64,000 bases of DNA, from IMG/VR virus record IMGVR_UViG_3300020473_000020, positions 1 through 64,000 of that record; one strand, given 5' to 3'. Source of the DNA: a virus. This document shows, one piece after another, positions 46,476-56,686 of the stretch. Numbering within the stretch: position 1 is the stretch's first letter; every line of letters begins with the position of its first letter. The notes beneath the pieces are model-generated. The model was not told where the DNA came from. It saw only the letters and a list, made by a program, of their open reading frames with translations, and did not search any database. The position numbers and the translations under genes are program-made.

Positions 46476-48349
46476 TGTGGGGTGTCCTCGCTTTCTTCGG
46501 TACTATTGGCAACTGGTGCCGTTGCTTCTTGGTTTTTAGCAGCAATCGTGTCGGACTCATCGAAAACTTGCATATCTTTAGGTGCAATGTCTTCTTTGAT
46601 AGATTCACCCGCTTTTTCTTCGCTGTTAGTTCGAACTTCGTCGTAATTGATTTCATCGCCCACGTCGGCCGCAGCTTCTTGGAGCTTAGCTGCTAGTAGA
46701 CCAAAGGCTTCTTGCATGATCGCATCTTGTGGGACGTCGGCGTTTGTAGCGTCACGACCTTTCTTTTCCGAAGTAGGGCGTTTCTTCTTGCCGTCTGACC
46801 TCGGGTCAGGCTCATCCTCGTTAAGGTCTTCTGACAATGGAAGGATGAATGAACGGTTACTACCAAATAGAGCCATTTGGCGACGCATCCAGTCCGATAG
46901 TGCTTCAAAGTCAATACGGCCATTGAACTGTTCACTGTCGTTAAGTTCAGTCATGAACATCCAAAGGTCAGATACCATCGCGTTTACTTGGTCAGCAAAT
47001 TCAAGCTTATCTAACTCATCAATGTTTACTACTTCATTACGGAATACGACGTGAATATCTTGCGGTAGTGCTTCAATGCCTTTCGTTAGAAGGTGAGCCA
47101 TAGCCAGCTGTTTAGCACCTGATGCTAATGCAGCTTGAATAGACTTGATCTTGCGAAGGTAACGCGCGTGGCGCTTCAAGAACTCGCCTTTAGATTCGGC
47201 TGACTCGCTGCCGAATAGTAACTCTGGTGGAACCCCGATAGTTGCACAGATTGTTGCGCGGTTATCACGGATGTTGCTGAGCATGTCGTCAGCTGTACGG
47301 TTTTCTTTTACGTCGACTGTTTGCAGGTTGCCTTTATCACCCATAACAGGCACACACTTAGTACGGCCAGCGGTTGATAAGATCGAGCCTACGTCTGACA
47401 AGTCACCTGAGCGCTTATCTAATGCAGTTTTATTGTTTAATAGTTGCTCGTAGCGACGTGAAATTGCAAAAGCTTCTTTAGGGTCTGTTTGCGCAGGCAC
47501 TGTCACGCCTACGATAGAACCTGTGCTAAGCTGATGTAGCTTACTAGCAGGTACTAGCGACTCTAACAGCTGTAATTCTTTCAGTTTTGACTGTACGCCA
47601 TATAGCAAAGGACGACCAACACGTATGTAGTTCGGCAGCTTCTTCTTTAGGGCTTCAAGGTCTTTGTCGTTTACGCCGAACTCTTCACCAAGGTCAATAC
47701 GCAGTTTACTTCGGCCAAGGGCAAAGTGAAGGTGCGAACTCGCTGGCTTAATAAGAATACGGTTAGTCTCGCGGACAAGATACTTTTCAGGAAGACCATG
47801 GCGGTATAGCGCTACAATGTTCTCTTGCTTAACATCATCGCTGATAGCCACTACACCTTCTTCTGGGTCTAACTCCATTGATAACGTGTAGTCCCCGTTA
47901 CTGAGTAAGTCGAGGGTAATGTCTTCGAAGATTTGGTCAATGTTCAAGCGGCGTTGAAGTACTTTAAGCTCTTCGTCAATCTCTTTGACTGGGCTTTGTA
48001 GATGTACGATCTCACCCGTCATAATATCGGCGACAAGTGTCTCGTCGGCGATAAGGTTTAACAGTGCATCAACTAGGTAATACTTCTGAACATCCTTTAG
48101 TGACTGCGAATAAGCCCGTTTAGTATCGGCCGCTTTTGTAAAGGCTGATACCATGGCCATTGCAGCTGAACCGCCGAGTGAAGCACGGTCAGCTTCTTTA
48201 TCGACCATTTGGTCACGGACGGCATCACGGAACTTGCTCAGGTGCTGGTTTACGAGGTCACCAGCTTGGTCGTTTGTGCTCGCGAATGCGTTACTCTCAT
48301 TAATAGAGTCAAACGTCGGCACATTTTTGGATGAATACAACTCAGGCAT
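46472..48349 (-). CDS. Portal protein (T4 gp20-like)
   Basis: GRPLL..KELQLLE, IGVPPELL, size and position in the head module. Confidence 0.75.
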   Translation of the reverse strand: MPELYSSKNVPTFDSINESNAFASTNDQAGDLVNQHLSKFRDAVRDQMVDKEADRASLGGSAAMAMVSAFTKAADTKRAYSQSLKDVQKYYLVDALLNLIADETLVADIMTGEIVHLQSPVKEIDEELKVLQRRLNIDQIFEDITLDLLSNGDYTLSMELDPEEGVVAISDDVKQENIVALYRHGLPEKYLVRETNRILIKPASSHLHFALGRSKLRIDLGEEFGVNDKDLEALKKKLPNYIRVGRPLLYGVQSKLKELQLLESLVPASKLHQLSTGSIVGVTVPAQTDPKEAFAISRRYEQLLNNKTALDKRSGDLSDVGSILSTAGRTKCVPVMGDKGNLQTVDVKENRTADDMLSNIRDNRATICATIGVPPELLFGSESAESKGEFLKRHARYLRKIKSIQAALASGAKQLAMAHLLTKGIEALPQDIHVVFRNEVVNIDELDKLEFADQVNAMVSDLWMFMTELNDSEQFNGRIDFEALSDWMRRQMALFGSNRSFILPLSEDLNEDEPDPRSDGKKKRPTSEKKGRDATNADVPQDAIMQEAFGLLAAKLQEAAADVGDEINYDEVRTNSEEKAGESIKEDIAPKDMQVFDESDTIAAKNQEATAPVANSTEESEDTPQ

Positions 48350-48612
48350 GATCGCCCCCTGTATTTAGTCCTAATAACAGCATAGTCATACTGTAGTGTC
48401 TCCTAACAAGTGTTTAGGCTGACTGTCTCAATTCAGCGTCTCAATCAGTGTGGGTTAAACATCGCAATGGTGCGACGCCACTGGGGGAGTTTATCAACAG
48501 ATTCGTTGTACAACAAGCTGCAACGTAAAGTTTTTAGGCTCGTCAGGCCGCGTGAATACTGGGTTTGCTAGGCTTTTGCAGGTAGGTGAAAATTAAATCA
48601 TTGTACAATGTA

Positions 48613-48641
48613 TTGCGCCGCAGGGGTTTTCGTGGTTTAAT
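48613..48641 (+). promoter_or_regulatory. Sigma70-type phage promoter
   Basis: TTGCGC-CGCAG..17 bp-TTTAAT, with TTGTACAA just upstream. Confidence 0.55.
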
Positions 48642-48683
48642 AGCTTCAACTTAACCGATTAGCAACCTCCCACGGAGAACTTA

Positions 48684-48908
48684 ATGACCGCACAAACTGA
48701 AATTCAAGATAACCGTTATACTTATGGTTCTGACTGGCCTGCTGGCTCTGTAATTGAAATGTTCGGTACGCAGTATCGAATCCGTGAGAACAACGGCACT
48801 TCGGGTGAGGTCGAATACTTAGATGGTACCTTTGCAACAAGTAACTTCTCATGGTGGTACGCCGATGAGAAGGCTGTATTGGTCTCTCGCCCTGAGCAGG
48901 CTAAATGA
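48684..48908 (+). CDS. Hypothetical protein
   Basis: GGAG SD, promoter upstream. Confidence 0.6.
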   Translation: MTAQTEIQDNRYTYGSDWPAGSVIEMFGTQYRIRENNGTSGEVEYLDGTFATSNFSWWYADEKAVLVSRPEQAK

Positions 48909-49111
48909 CCATGTCTGAGAAAGAAGTGTCAATTATCACGGGTACTCTGCGCGGTGATTTGTATGCTGTTTGGTACTACATTGCTGGGAACGGTTCGCAC
49001 GTTCATCCTTGTGTGCGGTTACTGTTCGCACCGTTTGTCGCTTATACGGTGCTGACCATTGGGTTTGCTACTATCCTAGACCACCTCTTTAAAGGTCGAC
49101 CTGAAAACTAG
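48905..49111 (+). CDS. Small membrane protein
   Basis: Coupled ORF. Confidence 0.45.
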   Translation: MTMSEKEVSIITGTLRGDLYAVWYYIAGNGSHVHPCVRLLFAPFVAYTVLTIGFATILDHLFKGRPEN

Positions 49112-49171
49112 ATGCGCCCGCACCTAGGCGCGGACGACTTTACTCTGGCGAGCTGCTAGGCAGCTCCGACA

Positions 49172-49471
49172 CTACCTAGCTACTAAAGCGTAGCACTTGT
49201 TATTACTTTTCGAGCACATATAGCGCATGCCGTTGCTATATTCTTCTAGCCATAGCTGTTCGTTGTTCCGTGCCGACATAAGTTTACTAACGTAAAAGGT
49301 TCCTTCTGTTGTGATGACTTTGGCTCGTGCATTGCCATACTCATCAGTGATACCTTCGGAGCTTACAAACGTACCGATGCTCTCTTGCCCCATGTAATGT
49401 GGCGGTGGTTCACTGCACCCAGTTAATGCTAACGTTGTTGCGATGGCTAAGATTGTTGCAAGTTTTCTCAT
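49172..49471 (-). CDS. Lipoprotein
   Basis: Lipobox LTGC. Confidence 0.7.
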   Translation of the reverse strand: MRKLATILAIATTLALTGCSEPPPHYMGQESIGTFVSSEGITDEYGNARAKVITTEGTFYVSKLMSARNNEQLWLEEYSNGMRYMCSKSNNKCYALVAR

Positions 49472-49494
49472 TCTTTTATGTCTCTATGTCTCGT

Positions 49495-49806
49495 TTAGTT
49501 GATATACGGTTTGCTGCTTTGTTCTTCTAGGACTTTACGTGCGTAAGCAGTTGCCTCTTGTATGTCCTCAATCGCGTGAGATTGCAGGTCAAAGCTAATA
49601 ACAGGTATTCCGTTGACTTCACCACGTTGGTAAGCGTGATAGAGGTAAACAATACCTGCCTCGTCGCTGTCGTCGAAACCTTCTAGTTGCTCGATAACAT
49701 GCGTTAAGCTCCTAAAGTTTCCCTTTTGCTCGAAGTGCTGGCCGTGGCTGTTCGATACCTCGTAGCATTCTTTTAGTACAGCAATGATGCGTTCGATACA
49801 TTTCAT
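49495..49806 (-). CDS. Hypothetical protein
   Basis: ORF. Confidence 0.5.
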   Translation of the reverse strand: MKCIERIIAVLKECYEVSNSHGQHFEQKGNFRSLTHVIEQLEGFDDSDEAGIVYLYHAYQRGEVNGIPVISFDLQSHAIEDIQEATAYARKVLEEQSSKPYIN

Positions 49807-49809
49807 TGT

Positions 49810-51102
49810 TTAAGCCTTAGCTGTTGCGTTTGGGTCGTTATAGACATCACGGTCTAGCTTACCTTCTGAGTGAGCCACAACCATCGTCACGGCGCTATCA
49901 CCCGTTAAGTTTACGGCTGTTCGGATCATGTCTAAGATAGCGTCCACAGCCATGATCATAAGGATCCCTTCTACAGGTAAACCTACTTGTGAGAAGACCA
50001 TTACGAGTGTCACGGTACCAGCGCCTCGAACCGCTGCTGTGCCCATGCTAGCAAGCGTGGCGGTTAGGACTACCATGCCAAGCTGCTCGAACGTTAGCGT
50101 TATACCAAACGCTTGCGCTACAAAAATCGTGGCAACACCCTGCATAATACTGGTGCCGTCCATGTTTAAGGTTGCACCGAGTGGTACGTTAAACGAGGTT
50201 ACCGACTTACAGACACCCATACCTTTTTCTAGAACGCGTTGCGTCACTGGGATCGTAGCTGAGCTTGATGCAGTCGAGAAACCGAAGAGCCAGACTTGCG
50301 GCATTTTCTTAAAAAAGTTGATTGGATTGATGCGCGCAAAGACAGCCATATAAGCAGGGTAGACAACTAGCATTTGGATAGCGAGTGCAGCGACAACGAC
50401 AAAGAAGTAGCCCATTAATGGTGCAAGCGCGTCGACGCCTTTATCAGCTATTGTTTTTGTCATCATCATGAATAGGCCATACGGGGCTAATCCCATGACA
50501 GTTTTTACAACAGACAGTGTAATATCGTTGGCGTCTTTAGCTAAGTTCTTTACGTTTTGATTGCCTGTCGCAGCCGCGTGGCCTAATACGGCAATACCTA
50601 TGAAAACTGCAAATACCATAACAGCAATCATGTTTCCCTCTACCATGGATTGTATCGGGTTGGCAGGTATCATGTTCAAAAATGTTTCAACCATCGGCGG
50701 TGCTTGTACAACCTCGACGGTCTTACCTGTAACCTCAGCGTTAACACCCTCACCAACGCCAAAGGCCAGCGCAAGTGCAAGACCCAATGTGATAGCAATG
50801 ACCGTCGTGAGGACGTAACTGGCCATCGCTTTAACTCCCATGCGGCCAGCTTGGCCTACGTCATCATTATCGGCGACTGCGAGCATGATGCCTAGAAAAA
50901 CGAGAGGTATAACCATCATCTTCATCAGGCCAATGAAGCCCTGACCCCCAACATAGAACAAGCCGTCAAGAATGTATGTTCGGAATACTGAACCCTCTGC
51001 GGCTAGACCTGTTGCTTGAAGGAAAACACCCACTACCACTGCGGCTAGTAAGGCTATAAGTATTTGTGCGGTTAAGTTACCGCGTATCTGGATCCCACTC
51101 AT
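49810..51102 (-). CDS. Dicarboxylate/amino acid:cation symporter (DAACS, GltP-like)
   Basis: FSTASSSATIP, PLGATLNMDG, D..RTAVNLTGD motifs. Confidence 0.93.
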   Translation of the reverse strand: MSGIQIRGNLTAQILIALLAAVVVGVFLQATGLAAEGSVFRTYILDGLFYVGGQGFIGLMKMMVIPLVFLGIMLAVADNDDVGQAGRMGVKAMASYVLTTVIAITLGLALALAFGVGEGVNAEVTGKTVEVVQAPPMVETFLNMIPANPIQSMVEGNMIAVMVFAVFIGIAVLGHAAATGNQNVKNLAKDANDITLSVVKTVMGLAPYGLFMMMTKTIADKGVDALAPLMGYFFVVVAALAIQMLVVYPAYMAVFARINPINFFKKMPQVWLFGFSTASSSATIPVTQRVLEKGMGVCKSVTSFNVPLGATLNMDGTSIMQGVATIFVAQAFGITLTFEQLGMVVLTATLASMGTAAVRGAGTVTLVMVFSQVGLPVEGILMIMAVDAILDMIRTAVNLTGDSAVTMVVAHSEGKLDRDVYNDPNATAKA

Positions 51103-51494
51103 TAGTGTAGTACCTTATTTTTGTTATCATCGTTCGATTGATTATGTTGTTCGTCGGTTTGGCTTTCGGCCTGTTCTTTTGCACGTTCTCTCGATTCTTC
51201 AAGGTCAGCTAAGCGCTTTAAGCGCTTCATTGCAGCCACCTCGCGTTTTATCCACTTAGGCGTAGGCACTGCATCAACAGCGCTTGCAATAAGACCCGTG
51301 ATGAAGTTAAGTGCTGCGCAAAGAAAGATAATGGCGAAGATTGGAAGTAGTATTGTGCACGATGCCGTTAGGAATAGCGCAAGGTTACGTGCGCGCCTGT
51401 GCTGATAGCGGCGTCTATAGTTCATCTTTGGCCTTTGCTTTAGGGTAATCGGTTTTGACCTTTGGAGAGTGACCCTGTAGCACCTGTGAAGCAC
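51102..51494 (-). CDS. Membrane protein
   Basis: Central TM helix; start probably MNYRR. Confidence 0.5.
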   Translation of the reverse strand: MLHRCYRVTLQRSKPITLKQRPKMNYRRRYQHRRARNLALFLTASCTILLPIFAIIFLCAALNFITGLIASAVDAVPTPKWIKREVAAMKRLKRLADLEESRERAKEQAESQTDEQHNQSNDDNKNKVLH

Positions 51495-51753
51495 CCGTCG
51501 TCATCTTAAAGCCTTCGCTTTGTGCCTCGATCCATTCTGGTGTGGCCAGCTCTCGGTGAAACTCGTTGTGCCATGTTCCACCTTTACGATTAGGACTACC
51601 GTCTGCAAAAAGAGCAGGGGTGCAAGCTGAACACAACTTCTCGCCTTCTTCTATGGCGTCGCCGAACCAGCGCTTATGGGCGCTAGCACGGTTGAACATC
51701 CCCAGCGCTGTATTTTCAATCGTGTGACAACGGTCGCAAATATAAAGGCTCAT
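51415..51753 (-). CDS. Hypothetical Zn-binding protein
   Basis: CDRC..ENTAL..LCSAC..WHNEF. Confidence 0.6.
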   Translation of the reverse strand: MSLYICDRCHTIENTALGMFNRASAHKRWFGDAIEEGEKLCSACTPALFADGSPNRKGGTWHNEFHRELATPEWIEAQSEGFKMTTGASQVLQGHSPKVKTDYPKAKAKDEL

Positions 51754-51804
51754 TTAAGTCTCTCTGTAGATCAGAAAAGGGCACAGTGCGTGCCCTTGTA
51801 GTGT

Positions 51805-52503
51805 TTAAAGTTTGGTTACATCACCAGCGATACGGTCACGTAGGCCAGTGAAGAGACCTGCACAAGCGTTGTATAAGCCCTCAAACAATGAGACTAGCGG
51901 GTCATACGCCGTGTAGAAGATTGCGAATGGCCACATACCCCACCAGTTCATGATATAGGCAGGCATAACTTTTGGCTTAACAACATTCACAGTCTTGCCC
52001 TCAACAAGTTGGCTCTCTTGGAAGACTTGTGGTAGGCGACCACCTTTAAGTTCTGACTTGTACATAGTTGAGAATTTTGAATAGATGTACTCATTCAGCT
52101 CGGCAACGTAATCATGTGTCGCCGCATTAAATTTTGTTTGTTTATCGAAGTCGGCCTTGAACTCTCGCGCTTTCGCTTTATAACGCGACATCATGAAGCC
52201 CCAATTTATGAGCGCAACAAAGAACCCGACAAGAATGTAGGCACCCAGTGTTAAGAGTCCTCTAAACATAAGGTTTTCAGCGTACCACGCATTAAGGGTA
52301 GGGTTGCCATAGGCAAATATACCGAAGGCCAGCACTACAACGAGTACGCCCCAGCTTTTTGTTAAGGCTTTAACATCGTCGGAATACAAGGCAAATAGGA
52401 TAACGAGTGATATAGCCATATACACCCAAAAAGCTATACCCGTCGCGAAGAAGCTTACGCCCGTCAATAGAAGGTCTAATACTATCATTATCTCAAGTCT
52501 CAA
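51805..52503 (-). CDS. Multi-pass membrane protein
   Basis: Several TM helices, W...WPF. Confidence 0.6.
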   Translation of the reverse strand: MRLEIMIVLDLLLTGVSFFATGIAFWVYMAISLVILFALYSDDVKALTKSWGVLVVVLAFGIFAYGNPTLNAWYAENLMFRGLLTLGAYILVGFFVALINWGFMMSRYKAKAREFKADFDKQTKFNAATHDYVAELNEYIYSKFSTMYKSELKGGRLPQVFQESQLVEGKTVNVVKPKVMPAYIMNWWGMWPFAIFYTAYDPLVSLFEGLYNACAGLFTGLRDRIAGDVTKL

Positions 52504-52569
52504 TTAATTTTAATATTGTGTTGTACAAGGTAATGCCTTGTACAACTTATTAAGACTTGGGCTAGCTGA

Positions 52570-54483
52570 CTACCAAGGGCTATGGCCAGAATCTGATAAG
52601 AAACCGCCAAAGTCATCCATAAATCGGTCGTCTCGGTTTTGCAGGAACGATGCGTAGGTAGACTCATTGTCCACGTCACTCGTATCACCTAGCATGCCTA
52701 GTATGTCACGGCTAGTTACGCCACCATCTTTGGCAAGAGCTTGATAGGCATTCCAAGCAGCACCACAGCAAGCATCGGCTAAATCTTTTGAGCCTCGTGA
52801 GCCATCAGGGTTTTCCATGGGGTGGTCAATTTTATTGCCCAAATCCATGATATTCTTTAACTCGGTCTCAAGTAGCGTATGCTTCGGTAGGTTTAAGCGT
52901 CCTGCCAGTAGTGCCATCTTAAAGCTATCGTATGGGTCGCGGAATCTATCTACTGATTCTATCGTCGCTTCAAAACCTGCTAGCTCCAAATCTTGTCTCA
53001 AGTTTCGCGATTGGTAACCATCGGCAGAAACCTTGGCGATAGGATAACCGAATTGAGAGCGTAATAAAAACAAAAATTCCTTAATTTTATAAAACGGAAT
53101 CTCCTGCCCCGCTTTGGCTTCCACACAAATCAACCAGTCGAACATGTACACTGGTTCCCGTGTTTCTTGCACGGTACCATCCAGTACGTTTGTGTGCTTA
53201 CGCGTGACATAACCAGCAACGTAGCAGCTAGCTATGCCGAGCTTATCTTTAGTTAAGCCGACGTCGATGTGAATGTAGCGTGGTTCGCGTACAGTCAGTT
53301 TAAGCGCCGACTGGTCAAGATAGTTGATAAGCTGGTCGTGCGTCTCGTAGAAATCAAGCTGAACCACTTCACGGCGAACAGGGTTTACCTTCGTCATGGC
53401 TTGCCCAATACGTTCGGTTGATGGGATAAACTTATGTGCCGACCATGTGCCTTTACCCGCCAAATCCTGTAGTGACTTGTAGATGTCAGACTCGAAGTTC
53501 TGTTTAAGCTCGACAGGTACGTCAATGATGAGTGTTTCATCAAGGCCAATGATTTGCTTAGGCTCTGTTAAGATAAACGGGTCTCGTGTCGATGAGCCGA
53601 TGAATACCTTGAATGTTTCACCTGAGTAACGGCCACGGAATGCGTGTACTTCCCACTGAGCGTAATCGAATACGCGCACGTCTCTACGGTTGCGGCCTTT
53701 GTCAATCTGAACGTCTAGGAATGAGTCAGAGTCTTTACGAGATGAATCCAACCATATACGCCCAGCCCATGAACCTGTTTTAGAGTATGCAGTACCAAAA
53801 CGTGAGTCTTGACGTGAGAGCACACCGTTATAGTTGTCTTCGGCTTGACCTTTAATTGCTTTTTGGTCGTTAAGCTCCGATAGCAGTGCGCCCGCCACAG
53901 CCTTACCTAGCAAGTCATTCTTACGTGACGCTGCAATTGCTGTGATCTTCTTCGGGAACATGATGCCTTTGTCTTTCGCTTTTTCCATTTGGCCAAGGAA
54001 GTAGGGCGATGCTTCCGCAAGCTCTTTAAACTGTGACAGTAAGTTCTTTTCAGCAAGGTCTTTCGTCGCTGATACCATGGCAAATACAATCGGGTCGGTC
54101 TTTAGTATACCGAACGTCTTATGGGGGTTCTTCAAATGAAGCATTCGACAGGCATCGTACATATTGCCTGCTAATGAGAATGTAGATTTACCTAGACCGA
54201 TTGCCCCCGTGATCATTATCTCACGGTACGGTGAATAGAACGGGTTTGCGTAGATTTCTTCTAACGCTGCACGCCAAACGGGGAACAAGTTCTCACCTAG
54301 AACCTCACCCAAGTAGTCGTGGTTAAAGATAAACTCAAGGATGGTCGGTGGCATGGATTCATACCCCGACATTTGAGCCAGTGCGTTCATGGCTTGTTTA
54401 TACCCGAAGCCATCAACTAGCTGCCGAGCCAGTTGTTCGCGCTGCCTGTCTACAACAGGATCCAGCTTATTTGCATGTAGCAT
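52570..54483 (-). CDS. terL: Terminase large subunit
   Basis: Walker A GAIGLGKS, LLSE Walker B, nuclease HID..D, ADGYQS, IDHP..SKDLADA. Confidence 0.9.
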   Translation of the reverse strand: MLHANKLDPVVDRQREQLARQLVDGFGYKQAMNALAQMSGYESMPPTILEFIFNHDYLGEVLGENLFPVWRAALEEIYANPFYSPYREIMITGAIGLGKSTFSLAGNMYDACRMLHLKNPHKTFGILKTDPIVFAMVSATKDLAEKNLLSQFKELAEASPYFLGQMEKAKDKGIMFPKKITAIAASRKNDLLGKAVAGALLSELNDQKAIKGQAEDNYNGVLSRQDSRFGTAYSKTGSWAGRIWLDSSRKDSDSFLDVQIDKGRNRRDVRVFDYAQWEVHAFRGRYSGETFKVFIGSSTRDPFILTEPKQIIGLDETLIIDVPVELKQNFESDIYKSLQDLAGKGTWSAHKFIPSTERIGQAMTKVNPVRREVVQLDFYETHDQLINYLDQSALKLTVREPRYIHIDVGLTKDKLGIASCYVAGYVTRKHTNVLDGTVQETREPVYMFDWLICVEAKAGQEIPFYKIKEFLFLLRSQFGYPIAKVSADGYQSRNLRQDLELAGFEATIESVDRFRDPYDSFKMALLAGRLNLPKHTLLETELKNIMDLGNKIDHPMENPDGSRGSKDLADACCGAAWNAYQALAKDGGVTSRDILGMLGDTSDVDNESTYASFLQNRDDRFMDDFGGFLSDSGHSPW

Positions 54484-54546
54484 GTAGTCTCACTCTCATT
54501 ATTGCCCTACGGCAAAAGTGCCGCCCAAAGGCAGCACCAGTCTCAA

Positions 54547-54744
54547 TTACTTTTGCTTTGGCATCCCAGCTGGACGCCTTGGCTTACGTGGCTTGCGATT
54601 TTGCATGGCCTTTCGGGCACCTTCTCGGCGGCGCTGCATTTCAATGTCAGACATCTTCACGCAGGTGCCACGGAAAAGCTTAAACCCCTTCGGGCACGAC
54701 TTTTTCACTTCACCACGCTTACTTACTTTTATCATCGGATCCAT
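54547..54744 (-). CDS. Small basic protein (prohead-core-like)
   Basis: CPKGFKL..GTCVKMS..E..RRR..ARK; GAGG SD. Confidence 0.55.
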   Translation of the reverse strand: MDPMIKVSKRGEVKKSCPKGFKLFRGTCVKMSDIEMQRRREGARKAMQNRKPRKPRRPAGMPKQK

Positions 54745-54788
54745 AACGAATACCTCTAGTTAGATAAATAACTCAGTCAGCTCAGTCT

Positions 54789-55826
54789 CTAAACATCAAA
54801 TTCCATATCAAAATCAGCTAGCGGGTCGTCCTTACCACCTAGCGTATCGTCGCCCCACAAGGCACTTTCTTCATCGGATAACGGAGCATCCGCTATCAAT
54901 TCAATTTCATCAGGGTCTATGCGTTCTACGTCGTCATCTGTTGGGTTTTTTGGTGCAAGAAAGTCACTCAGATCAAGCGAGCCACTTTCTCCCATTTCCT
55001 CGGCCATGACGAGTTCCCATTGGTCTTCATCTAAGCCCGCACATGGTACCCCATTCGTGGTATCGTCATCAGGAAGTGCCAACGTGGCTGACTCCTGCTT
55101 TTGTTCTAGTTTCGGAGTTGATGCAGACTGCTGCTTTCGGTGTTCTTCACGGGCTTCCTCTACAACGGCCTTGTTAGATTCAACGCGAGCCTTTTCGGCT
55201 TCCTTACGTCCTTCTTCATCTAGCAGGTCATTCGGAAGATGCTGTGGGTTAACCTCTGGCACTTCCACGTCTTTATTCGTTGGTATAGTTTGACCAAGCG
55301 TTGATACACGGCGGAAGATGTCAGTAACAACTTCGCGTGTGCTGTGGTCGCCTTCATCACCGTCAGAATTGCTGCCACCTGACACAAGGTCTGTGATTTG
55401 CTCTTGCAACTCGCCAACGTTAACAGACCACATAGACTCTTTAACGTACTTCTGAGACACCTCAAGCGATGTACCGAGCAACTTATACATGTTAGTTAGC
55501 TCTTTCGTCGTCATCTGCGCCAAACGGTCAGGCGTTGCAAGCTGCTGCTCGATCATGTTCATTGCACGGTCTAATCTGCCTAGTCGCTTAATGTGCGACT
55601 CAGACATACCAAGAATTGAGAGTTTAATAGCAAGGTCTTTAAGGTCATTGGCGGGCAATGCCTCTTCACGTCCTCGATCAATGATGTCTACCGCGTCGGT
55701 TAGCGCATGACCACTGAACTTATGGTCATGAAGGTCAACCGTTTTGTATAGCTGTGCCTGTTCATCGGCTGGCGCTTCAAGGTCATTGTTGATAACGACT
55801 TTTAGGTGTGAATTGTCATCACTCAT
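54789..55826 (-). CDS. Acidic protein, possible terminase small subunit
   Basis: Helical core upstream of terL; the call is positional. Confidence 0.4.
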   Translation of the reverse strand: MSDDNSHLKVVINNDLEAPADEQAQLYKTVDLHDHKFSGHALTDAVDIIDRGREEALPANDLKDLAIKLSILGMSESHIKRLGRLDRAMNMIEQQLATPDRLAQMTTKELTNMYKLLGTSLEVSQKYVKESMWSVNVGELQEQITDLVSGGSNSDGDEGDHSTREVVTDIFRRVSTLGQTIPTNKDVEVPEVNPQHLPNDLLDEEGRKEAEKARVESNKAVVEEAREEHRKQQSASTPKLEQKQESATLALPDDDTTNGVPCAGLDEDQWELVMAEEMGESGSLDLSDFLAPKNPTDDDVERIDPDEIELIADAPLSDEESALWGDDTLGGKDDPLADFDMEFDV

Positions 55827-55843
55827 AAATCAATCTCTCGATA

Positions 55844-56185
55844 CTATTCAGCCCCAGCTGACAACGTCGGCTGAGTCTTAGAATTAGGGTTAGCGTAAAA
55901 GGCTGGCATATCTTCGGCAAAGAACGGTTCTTGTTCCTCTGCAAAGTAGGGTTGGTTCTCTTCCTTCGGGCTAGGTGAGACTAAGTCTCCCTCGGCCAAA
56001 AGTGCTTCTGCTTCACTTAATGCACGTCGAATGGTTAAGAACTCGCGGCTGTGTAGGCCATGCACCGTTCTATTCTGGGAGCAGGTACTACGACCTGCCT
56101 CAGTAACAGCTCCACTAGTTGATTGCCAAGGTTTCGCCTTGGTTACCACAGCTTGTCGTTTTTTAGAGACGATAGAATAGGCCAT
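55844..56185 (-). CDS. STG(P/A)xT..G..N...HG motif protein
   Basis: PWQSTSGAVTEAGR..SQNRTVHG. Confidence 0.55.
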   Translation of the reverse strand: MAYSIVSKKRQAVVTKAKPWQSTSGAVTEAGRSTCSQNRTVHGLHSREFLTIRRALSEAEALLAEGDLVSPSPKEENQPYFAEEQEPFFAEDMPAFYANPNSKTQPTLSAGAE

Positions 56186-56191
56186 TGGTGC

Positions 56192-56626
56192 TTAGCCTGT
56201 TTTTTGCTGTTGATGCGGTACGGAAGATAGCTTAGGCTTCGCTTTAGGTTTCGCTTTCTCAGCAATATCAGCCATTGACTCCATTGTTTGGCGTGACGCA
56301 TTCTGAGCGCGCAAGGCGACCGTCATCATTGTACTAAATGCTTTTGGGTTATTTTGCTGTAGCCCTTGCTCTACGCATAGCTGGAACACTTGGTCGAGAA
56401 CCAATGATTGTGTTGCAAGCACTTCTTTGAGCTTTTCTGGGTCGTCTTTTAACCCTTTGATCTCGGCCGTTACTTGAGATAGGACGTCGCCGAGTGAGGC
56501 GTTAGCCCCATAGCGCTTTGCTATCAGCGCTTGCACAGTTTTACTACCATTTGCGACTGATGACGTCGATAGCTGTATAGCAGCTTTTGTAAATTGGTCA
56601 TTCGTTGACATAATACTGCCTCTCAT
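56192..56626 (-). CDS. Hypothetical helical protein
   Basis: L..Q..VLD.VF..ALRAQ..SR.T pattern. Confidence 0.55.
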   Translation of the reverse strand: MRGSIMSTNDQFTKAAIQLSTSSVANGSKTVQALIAKRYGANASLGDVLSQVTAEIKGLKDDPEKLKEVLATQSLVLDQVFQLCVEQGLQQNNPKAFSTMMTVALRAQNASRQTMESMADIAEKAKPKAKPKLSSVPHQQQKTG

Positions 56627-56686
56627 AACAAAAAACGGGTCACCCTAAGACGACCCGTTCTAAACTTGAAGCAGTTAACGTATATG

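Noticed and set aside
48350-48600. Possible structured ncRNA upstream of the portal gene
   Set aside because: Only short motifs and weak hairpins; no recognisable family or convincing fold by eye.
54502-54763. Plus-strand ORFs opposite the small basic protein
   Set aside because: The minus-strand ORF 54547-54744 has an SD and fits the operon; the others are antisense shadows.
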